Shown here in pieces: positions 48,945 through 57,602 of a stretch of DNA of 57,602 nucleotides. The stretch is from Chiloscyllium plagiosum (taxonomy: Eukaryota). The notes below the pieces were generated by a model. It saw only the letters and a list, made by a program, of their open reading frames with translations. It was not told the origin of the DNA and did not search any database. The stretch covers positions 9,965,796-10,023,397 of the forward strand of contig NC_057720.1 in the NCBI RefSeq assembly GCF_004010195.1, in the 5' to 3' direction. Position numbers and translations under genes: made by a program. The number at the start of each line of letters is the position of its first letter. The stretch's first letter is position 1.

Positions 48945-49455
48945 GCTAGAGTGATACTGGAAAAGCATAGCAGGTCAGGCAGCATCCGAGGAGCAGAAAA
49001 ATCGATGTTTCGGGCAAAAGCCCGAGTGGATAGGTGGAAAGGAAGATAGGCTGGTAGGACCGGTCATGAGGGCGGTGCTGAGCTGGAAGGTTGGAACTGG
49101 GTGAGGTGGGGGAAGCAGAAATGAGGAAACTGTTGAAGTCCACATTGATGCCCTGGGGATGAACTGTTCCGAGGTGGAAGAAGAGGCGTTCTTCCTCCAG
49201 TCGTCTGGTGGTGAGGGAGCGGAGGTGAAGGAGGCCCAGGACCTCAATGTCCTCGGCAGAGTGGGAGGGGAAGTTGAAATGTTGGGCCACGGGGCGGTGT
49301 GGTTGATTGGTGCGGATGTCCCGGAGATGTTCCCTAAAGCGCTCTGCTGGGAGGCGTCCAGTCTCCCCAATGTAGAGGAGACCGCATCGGGAGCAACGGA
49401 TACAATAAATGATATTATGGATGTGCAGGTAAAACTTTGATGGATGTGGAAGGCT
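48945..49455 (-). mobile_element. Penelope-like GIY-YIG endonuclease fragment plus truncated pLTR
   Basis: ORF 48946..49290 QHFNFPSHS..D..VLGLL......RRLEEERL.F.LGT..PQGINVDF; upstream YCIRCSRCGLLYIGETGR readable on the minus strand. Confidence 0.85.
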
Positions 49456-50737
49456 TTAAGGCCCCAAAAGAATTTTTGCCAACTTGCAAAAACAAGAATC
49501 TTGAAATCAGCTGCTAATGTCAATGATTAGATTAGATTACTTACAGTGTGGAAACAGGCTCTTCAGCCCAACAAGTCCACACTAACCCGACGAAGTGCAA
49601 CCCACCCAGACCCATTCCCCCCTTCACCTAACACTACGGGCAATTTAGCATGGCCAATTCACCTAACCTGCACATTTTTGGATTGTGGGAGGAAACCGGA
49701 GCACCCGGAGGAAACCCATGCAGACACGGGGAGAATGTGCAAACTCCACACAGAGAGTCGCCTGAGGCAGGAATTGAACCCAGGTCTCCAGCGCTGTGAG
49801 GCAGCAGTGCTAACCACTGTGCCACCATATTCATTTCGTAAAGCTTATAACATCATCTCACCTTCTCCTCATGGAGAACCCATCAATTAATTTATAATTT
49901 CTTTACACTTCTATCTCTTTGAAGTCACTTCTTATTTATAATTTGTGTCTAATTTGGAGTATCACTATTTCTTCCTATGTTTATTTACTATTAGTAAACT
50001 CATTATTTTTTCAAGAAATACTGGTTAAATTTGCCCCTTTTCAAACATAAATTTATTTGGATCTTGGGGATAAGTATCCAAAAAGGGTGAGCAATTTTGT
50101 AACTTGATCTTGTTGTGACCAACTGAGGGACTGGGTGAGTAGCCCAAGGGAGCCAACTCATATTTCCTCAGGATCTAGCTTGACAATGTAAAGTAATCTG
50201 CCTGGAAGGTAATAATAATTTGGGAGATCTCACTGGGGATCTGATTGCAATGTCACCCAGGATCCTCTGCTTCTGTTTCCTTTTGGGAATTCTGCCTTTA
50301 AGTTTACATTGTCTCTCCTTGTTCTTCCTATAAAAATGGATCATTTCTTTCTCACTCACAGAGCCACACAGAAACATGCCCTTCGGCCCACTATGTCTAT
50401 GCCAATAAACAAACATCAACTTACACTAATGCCAGGTAACTGCACTTGGTCCATAACTTCTGGTATTTTAAGTGCTCACTTAACTATTGCCTGAGTCTCC
50501 CTTAAGTGCATTGATTTATTTTTCACCTTGTTAAAGGAACGCCATAAATGCAAGCTGTTGTTGAGAGTTTGGAATATCCCATTAGAAGCTGTCATCCACT
50601 GGAGAAACTCAACCAGCATCTGGATTGTAACAGGGACCTCAGACCTCGACTCTAAAATTTGCTCCACACACTGTTTTAGTCTCGACACCTCTCTCTCCTC
50701 CTTCGAGGTTTTGCTTATACTTTACGTACTTGAATGA

Positions 50738-50940
50738 ATCGAAAAGTGTGGTGTTGGAAAAATACAGCAGGTCAGGCAGCATCCGAGGAGCAGGAGAATC
50801 GATGTTTCAGGCATAAGCCCTTCATCAGGAATTCAAAATGTCGCTTTTCCTGCTCCTCGGATGCTGCCTGACCTGCTGTGCTTTTCTAGCACCACACTCT
50901 TCGACTCTGATCTCCAGCATCTGCAGTCCTCACTTTCTCC
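50738..50940. mobile_element. Palindromic double-pLTR insertion
   Basis: Arm 50740-50832 (-, hammerhead at 50801-50828) followed by arm 50836-50940 (+). Confidence 0.8.
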
Positions 50941-53385
50941 TATTCGAATTAATGCTTGATTACCTGTCCTCATGTTAGTCCTAGAGTCACAGGCATAGAG
51001 ATGTTTAGCACAGAAAAAGCCCTTCAGTTCATCAAATCTACACTAGTCAAAAATAACCACCTAATCAATTGAATTTCCTCTTCCAACACTGCACTCATAG
51101 CCTTGTATGCCTTGGCTTAAGAGTTTGCTTCATTGGTTTGTTCTCACTTTTTATCTGATAATGCTCCAGTCAAGAACTGTGGGCTGTTTCACCAGATTAA
51201 AGTTGCTAAATAATTGTAAGTTATTCTTGGTATCTGATATTAAGCAGCAGAAAGAAATGCAGCAAACAAGATGTTTGCTTCTTTATCTTAATTCATGCCT
51301 GGGATGTCGGTGTCACAGGTTAGACCAGCATTTTCTCATCCCCAATTGCCCTGAAAAGGTGATGATGAGCAGGCTCCTTAAACTGCCACATCCATCTCCA
51401 ATTTTGAGTAAGGTTTGGGAGGGGATTTGACCCAGCGATAGTGAAGGAATGGTGTTTGTAAGTCAGGATGGTGTGACTTGGAAGGAACTTGCTGGTGGTG
51501 ATGTTCCCAAGCATCTGCTGCCCTTGTCCTTCTAAGTGGTAGAGATTGAGAGCTTGGAAAATGCAGTCAGAGGAGGCTTGGTGAATTACTTCAGTTTGTC
51601 TTATTGTCAGTACACATTAAGACCATAAGATATAGGAATAGAATTAGGTCATTCAGCCCATCAATTTTGTTCCATTGTTCGATCATGGCTGTTTCTCAAC
51701 CCCATTCTCCTGCCTTCTCCCCATAACTTTTGCTCCTCTTACCAATCAAGAACCTATTTATCTCTGTCTTAAATACACTCAATGCCTCCAGAATCTTCTG
51801 CAACAATGAGTTTCCATAGATTCCACCCCCCTCCCCCCCGAAGAAATTCCTCCACATCTCAGTTTGAAAGGGTTGCAACTTCATTCTGAGGCTGTGCCCT
51901 CAGGTTCTAGTCTCTCCTGCTGGTGGAAACATCTTCACTCTAACCAGGCCTCTCAGTATTATGTAAGTTTAAATCAGAGACTCCTCATCTTTCTAAACTC
52001 CAATGAGCGCAGATCCAGAATCCTCAACCATTCCTCATATGGCAAGCCCTTCATCATCATTCCTGCAAACCTACTCTAGACACCATCCAGTACCAGCAAG
52101 ACTTCCCTAAGATAGGGGGCCTGAAAATGCTCACAAGATTACAAATACGTCAATTGGGGAGATAATAAATATCAAAGATGGTGGGTGGGTGATACCCATG
52201 TTGTTCACATGGTCTTTAGGGTAGTGCAAAGCTACTTGTTGGAGCTGTACTCATCCAGCCAGGTTCATAGATGCAATGTAGACAATTGTTGCATATGTAG
52301 AAATTCTAATGATAGGAACTGGTTCTCCTGATGACTTGCAATATTAATAGTATTTGACCCTCTAAGGATGCTCATTGACCTATTGAGCACTTCCAATATT
52401 TTGAGTTTGTATTTCAGGTTAAGCAGGATCTTGCATCTAAAACCTTTCCTGACCAACTGTCGAAGTGATGGCATTTTCCAGGGAGGTAGACACTTCCACC
52501 CAAGGGAAAGCCAATCAGTGACATTTAGCTTTGAAGATTCTGATGGGACATTTTGAATATACAGAGAATGGTGATGCACTATTGAGAGGAGATGTAGCAA
52601 TAAAGGGATGTTACTGTGAATACAAAACTCTGGGTGAATACTCAGTGAATTCAAATCCTGCCCACAACAACTGGTGTCATTTCAATTTAATGAATTAAAA
52701 AATCTGGAATAGAATGCTATACAAAGCACTGATGGTGATGAAACTGTCAGATGGTCATTTAAAAAAAACTCAGTTCAGTTCACTGATGACCTTCGGTGGA
52801 GGAATTCTGCTTTTCTTAGCCGGTCTAGTATACATGTGGTTTCAGATCCACAGAAGGTTAATTTTTAACTGCTCTTGAAAATAGTTTGGTAAGCCACTCA
52901 GTTCTAATAAACTGTGCCAGAGAGTCAAAGAGCTGATAGGCAACTTCATAGAATCCCTACAGTGTAGAAACAGGCCATTCGGCCCATCAAGTCCATGCTG
53001 ACCCTCTTAACAGTGTCCCACCTAGACCTATCATCCCTGTAATCCTGCATTCCCCATGACTAGCCTACCCATCCCTGGACATTATGGGCAATTTAGCATG
53101 GCCAATTCACCTGACCTGCACATCTTTGGACTGTGGGAGGAAACTGGAGCACCTGGAGGAAACCCACACAGATATGGGGAGAATGTGCAAACTTCACACA
53201 GACAGTCACCCAAAGCTGGAATCGAGCCCAGGTTCCTGGCACAGTGAGGTAACAGCAGTAACCACTGTGCCACCCGTGACTTCTCATTGACCTAAACACT
53301 AGAGACAATACAGACCTTGCAGAATCCTCTTCATATCAACCAGAGACTTGTGTGAAAATTGGGAGAGCTGTCCCGTGCATGAGTC

Positions 53386-53564
53386 AAGGTCAGAAGTCAC
53401 ATGATACCAGGTTATAGTCCAACAGGTTTATTTGAAATCACACACTTTCGGAATGCTGCCCCTTTGTCACCTGACTTTACCTGACAAAGGAGCAGTGCTC
53501 TGAAAGCTTGTGATTTCAAATAAAACTGTTGGACTATAACTTGGTGTCACGTGACTTCTGATCT
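53386..53564. mobile_element. Palindromic element of a second hammerhead-bearing repeat family (related copies at about 27650-27800 and 32570-32715)
   Basis: Inverted arms of about 83 bp; motif CTGAnnA-AGGAGC AGT GCTC(C/T)-GAAAGCT. Confidence 0.7.
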
Positions 53565-53604
53565 TGTCCAGCCGAGTCCAATGCCAACACCTCCACGTCA
53601 TGTA

Positions 53605-53778
53605 CAGGGGAACCTCGATTATCTAGCATTTGATTATCCAAATATCAGGTTATCTGGCAAGATTGTAAAGTCCTGATGCTTGGCTAAACTGTGTTATCCA
53701 GCATTCGATTATTCAGATTTCGATTCTCCGAATGGAATATTCCCCGCCCGTGTCCTTCGGATAATCAAGGTTCCTCTG
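53605..53778. mobile_element. TA-flanked MITE (Tigger/pogo type)
   Basis: TA|CAGGGGAACCTCGATTATC ... GATAATCAAGGTTCCTCTG|TA, with internal gattatc sub-repeats. Confidence 0.8.
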
Positions 53779-54238
53779 TATTAGTCAAGCAACAGACTGA
53801 CACAATCTTACTCACTGAGTTATATGTTGCAGCCAAGGTGCTGATCACCATCCTTGGGTATATTCTGTCCCAGGTTAAACCACCACCAGTTGTTTCTCTC
53901 TAATGGGAGAACAGCCCAATGGTCTGGTCATACTGTGGTAACTTTACCTTTCCTCTGTCCCAAAGGAAGGAGGGAGTCACCAGAAGAAATGACACTGAAG
54001 TACACAGTCGGAAGGGAGCTCATTAAGAGTTTTCTATTTTGATTGTCTTAGGACTCCATGAAATTAATCTCATGACAATAGTTCAAGCATCAGTAAGAGA
54101 AACCCCCTGTTGCTTGCTGCGTCCCACCCAGCCTGATCTGATGAATCAATACACCCTCATTTGGAACACTATTTGCAGGAAGCACTGAGCATGTCCAGGA
54201 CTTGGAATGCGCTCTAGGTGGGAGACTTCAATTGCCAT

Positions 54239-54868
54239 CGTGATGATGCTGCTCCTTTAACAAGGTGATGTTGTCCTGGGTTTTATTTTCAGGAAGTCGA
54301 AAAAGCACAGGTTGTGAAAAGTCTGGGGTTGAAGGGCTTTAGAGCCAATTTGATTGCAGCTAATAGATACTGTGTCAGGCAAAAGGCTTTTAAGTAAAAC
54401 AAACCCTGATACAATGAAAGGGGACTGGCCAGTTCTCCCAGCTCAGTCTTTCTCTGATTTGGCTATTCACTGAAAGCAGTAAGGCAGTTGTAAAAGCTGC
54501 TGGATCCAAAGAAGCAGATCAATGCTGATCCTCTACTCTCTCTGACACCTCTGATGTAAGATGCTGTATTTGATTTTACCTTTTGTGTGTATGTGAATTG
54601 TTGCAATTATTTGGAACAGGATCATTAAGTTGGGCATAATTTGTTGGCTTTTTGGACAGGTTAAGCTAATCTATATTCTGCTCTCTTTCGTTTGTGTTTC
54701 ATTTGATAATCTTGTAAATAAAATTCTGTTTTGTTTAAAACTCCAGGGTTTGACCAGCAGCATCCCTCCTGAAATATCCGCATTACACCTGCTTAAAACA
54801 ACTAGCACAATTAGGGTCTGGGCTACTTTCTTGAAATGCTTTGAGCAGATCTGGCTAGATCCATAACA
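54239..54868 (+). mobile_element. Solo LTR (about 630 bp) with CCAT(C) target-site duplication
   Basis: ccat at 54235-54238 and 54869-54872; ends ...ATAACA; AATAAA at 54717-54722. The expected 5' TG appears as CG. Confidence 0.7.
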
Positions 54869-56029
54869 CCATCAATAAAATACTTGTCACACTTGCAATT
54901 AGTCTATGACAGTGCTGGTAGGAATGATGGTGGCTCAGTGGTTAAAACTTCTGCGCTATGGACCCAGGTTTAATTCCATCCTCGGATGACTATCTGTGTG
55001 GAGTTTGCACATTACCCCTGTGTCTGTGTAAGCTCCCCCTGGGGTTCTCGTGTTTCCTCCCACTGTCCAATGATTTGCAGGTTAGATAGATTGGCTGTGC
55101 TAAATTGTGCATAGTGTCCAGGGATGTGCAGGCTAGGTGGAGTACAGAGAACGTTGATCATCACAGTGCTGTACAGGCCCTTGGCCCTTGATGTTGCGCT
55201 GACCAGTGTGAAGCCTATCTACACTATTCCATTTTCATCCATATATTTATTCAATGACCATTTAAATGCCCTTAAAGTTGAAGAGTCTACTACTCTTGCA
55301 GGCAGAGCATTCCACGCCCCTATTACTCTGAGTAAAGAAATTACCTCTGACATCCGTTCTATATCTATCACCTCTCAATTTAAAACTCTATACAAGGGAA
55401 AATCTCATTGTCCACCCTATCTAACCCTCTGATTATCTTATATGTCTCAATTAAGTCACCTCTCAACCTTCTTCTCTCTAATGAAAACAGCCTCCAATCT
55501 CTTAGACTTACCTCATAAGACCTTCACTCCATACTAGGCAACATCCTGGTAAATCTCCTCTGCACTCTTTCGAAAGCTTCCACCACCTTCCTATAATGCG
55601 GTGACCAGAACTATGGGAAATGCAGGGTTACGGGGATAGAGTAAGGGAGTGGGACTAGATGGGATGTCATTTGGAGGGTTAGTCTGCACTTGAATGACCT
55701 GGTCCCACACTGTAGGGATTCTATGATTATATGATCACTGCGTACTTCTGCCACTGTGCTAGACTGGGTTAGACTTACAAGGAGCTTGGGCCATTAGGAG
55801 CTGCACAATTGTACTTGACCATAATTTGTAACTTTGTGGCCTAGCATATCCCACACTCCACCATCAAATATTGTTCAATGAGGAGTTCAAAGTGTGTCAA
55901 ATCAGCATTATGTGATCTGATCAATCCGTCTTAAAACTGAGGTGTCAACCTGTTTCAGTGACAACACAAGACTGCTTTAATGCTAACCATCAGAGGCAGC
56001 AAGCGAAAGATAGAGTGAAGACTGTATAT

Positions 56030-56870
56030 TTAGGTGTAGGGAATGCTGGATGACTAAAGAAATTGAGGGTTTGGTTAAGAAAAAGAAGGAAACATATATC
56101 AGGTATAGACAGGATAGCTCGAATGAACCTTATGAGTACAAAGGCAATAGAAGTATACTTAAGAGGGAAATGCAGGAGGGCAAAAAGGGGACATGAGATA
56201 AGTTTGGTAAATAGAGTTAAGGAGAATCGAAAGGGTGTTTACAATTACATTAGGGACAAAAGGGTAACTAGGGAGAAAATAGGGCCCCTCAAAGATCAGC
56301 AAGGTGGCCTTTGTGTGGAGCCACAGGAGTTGGGAGAGATACTAAACGAGTATTTTGCATCAGTGTTTACTGTGGAAAAGGATATGGAAGATACAGAATG
56401 TAGAGAAATAGATGATGACATCTTGAAAAATGCCCATATTATAGAGGAGGATGTCGGTCCCCACCCCCCTCTCATTTGTCTCTCCACTCTGCAGGCTCCC
56501 TGCCTCTATTCCTGATTAAGGGCTTTTGTCCGAAACATGGATTTTCCTGCTCCTCGGATGCTGCCTGACCTGCACCACTCTAATCTAGACTCTGGTTTCC
56601 AGCAGCTGCAGTCCTTGTTTTTACCCTGTCTTGAAACACATAAAAGTGGATAAATCCCCAGGTGTCCGAAACATGGATTTTCCTGCTCCTCGGATGCTGC
56701 CTGACCTGCACCACTCTAATCTAGACTCTGGTTTCCAGCAGCTGCAGTCCTTGTTTTTACCCTGTCTTGAAACACATAAAAGTGGATAAATCCCCAGGAT
56801 CTGATCAGGTGTACCCTAGAACTCTGTGGGAAACCAGGGAAGTGATTGCTGGGCCCCTTGCTGAGATAGG
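56030..56870 (+). mobile_element. CR1 LINE ORF2 fragment interrupted by a pLTR insertion and truncated by a Penelope RT
   Basis: ORF 56063..56515 KIGPLKDQQG...EILNEYFASVFTVE; KSPGSDQVYPR near 56785-56820. Confidence 0.85.
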
Positions 56871-56873
56871 TAA

Positions 56874-57602
56874 TTCGAATCCTCCCACTTCCTCCAGTCC
56901 AAAGGGGTAGCCATGGGCACCCGTATGGGCCCCAGCTATGCCTGTCTCTTTGTTGGCTACATAGAACAGTCCATCTTCCGTAATTACACCAGCACCACTC
57001 CCCACCTCTTCCTCCGCTACATTGATGACTGCATTGGCGCCACCTCGTGCTCCCGCGAGGAGGTTGAGCAATTCACCAACTTCACCAACACATTCCACCC
57101 TGACCTTAAATTTACCTGGACCATCTCCATCTCCATTAATGACGACCGACTTGACACTGACATATTTTACAAACCCACCGACTCCCACAGCTACCTGGAT
57201 TACACCTCTTCCCACCCTACCTCTTGCAAAAATGCCATCCCGTATCCCCAATTCCTCCGCCTCCGCCGTATCTGCACCCAGGAGGAGCGGTTCCACCATA
57301 GAACACACCAGATGGCCTCCTTCTTCAGAGACCGCAATTTCCCTTCCCACGTGGTTAAAGATGCCCTCCAACGCATCACGTTCACATCCCGCACCTCCGC
57401 CCTCAGACCCAACCCCTCCAACCGCAACAAGGACAGAACGCCCCTGGTGCCCACCTTCCACCCTACCAACCTTCGCATAAACCAAATCATCCGCCAACAT
57501 TTCCCCCACCTCCAAACAGACCCCACCACCAGGGATATATTTCCCTCCCCACCCCTCTCCGCCTTCCGCAAAGACCGTTCCCTCCGTGACTACCTGGCCA
57601 GG
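56874..57602 (+). mobile_element. Penelope-like element RT open frame (243 codons, open to the window edge), 5'-truncated
   Basis: FESSHFLQSKGVAMGTRMGPSYACLFVGY...LFLRYIDD (57018-57029)...YKPTDSHSYLDYTSSHP..CKNAIPY.QFLRLRRIC. No stop before the window end, so it is absent from the ORF track. Confidence 0.92.

Noticed and set aside
50476..50720. Candidate upstream vtg exon (..KEEREVSRLKQCVEQIL..RSFNK|gtgaaa)
   Set aside because: No resemblance to vitellogenin and no good acceptor for the long frame. Its 3' part matches a dispersed repeat tail (ttgcattta..cctttaac) also seen near 40770 and 51200.
52265..52654. 129-aa minus-strand ORF
   Set aside because: No recognisable domain, no coherent splice signals, and it lies between repeats.
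3600..54000. Estrogen response elements near vtg
   Set aside because: I saw many AGGTCA half-sites, mostly within pLTR repeats, but no perfect GGTCAnnnTGACC by eye; the promoter is outside the window.
56805..57571. Minus-strand ORFs of 236 aa and 123 aa, and plus-strand ORF 57022..57480
   Set aside because: Antisense or off-frame shadows of the C-rich Penelope RT frame.

Overview
Eukaryotic, repeat-dense genomic DNA with five N gaps. It is almost certainly from a cartilaginous fish (shark), inferred from HE1-type V-SINEs, HER1/CR1 LINEs and Penelope-like elements. The only host gene I can support is the 3' half of a vitellogenin gene on the minus strand. It has 13 coding exons from 47900 down to the stop at 14243, all with GT-AG boundaries and consistent phases, giving about 930 aa: phosvitin, lipovitellin light chain, VWD/beta'-component with TCGLCG, and the C-terminal peptide. 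AATAAA lies at 14074-14079. The phosvitin exon is very long (397 aa), His-rich, internally repeated and carries two CKxGxC motifs. The most interesting non-coding signal is a set of more than 15 minimal type I hammerhead-ribozyme-like motifs (CUGAnGA-A-stem II-GAAA-palindrome-UH) from three sequence families. They are carried by Penelope-like terminal repeats, often back-to-back and with 11-16 bp target-site duplications. One is a bare 38-nt hammerhead core between two 384-bp direct repeats. Also present: a 27-28 bp satellite, a 288-bp inverted duplication, solo LTRs, TA-flanked MITEs and an open Penelope RT frame at the right edge. All calls are by eye without database searches, and repeat boundaries are approximate.
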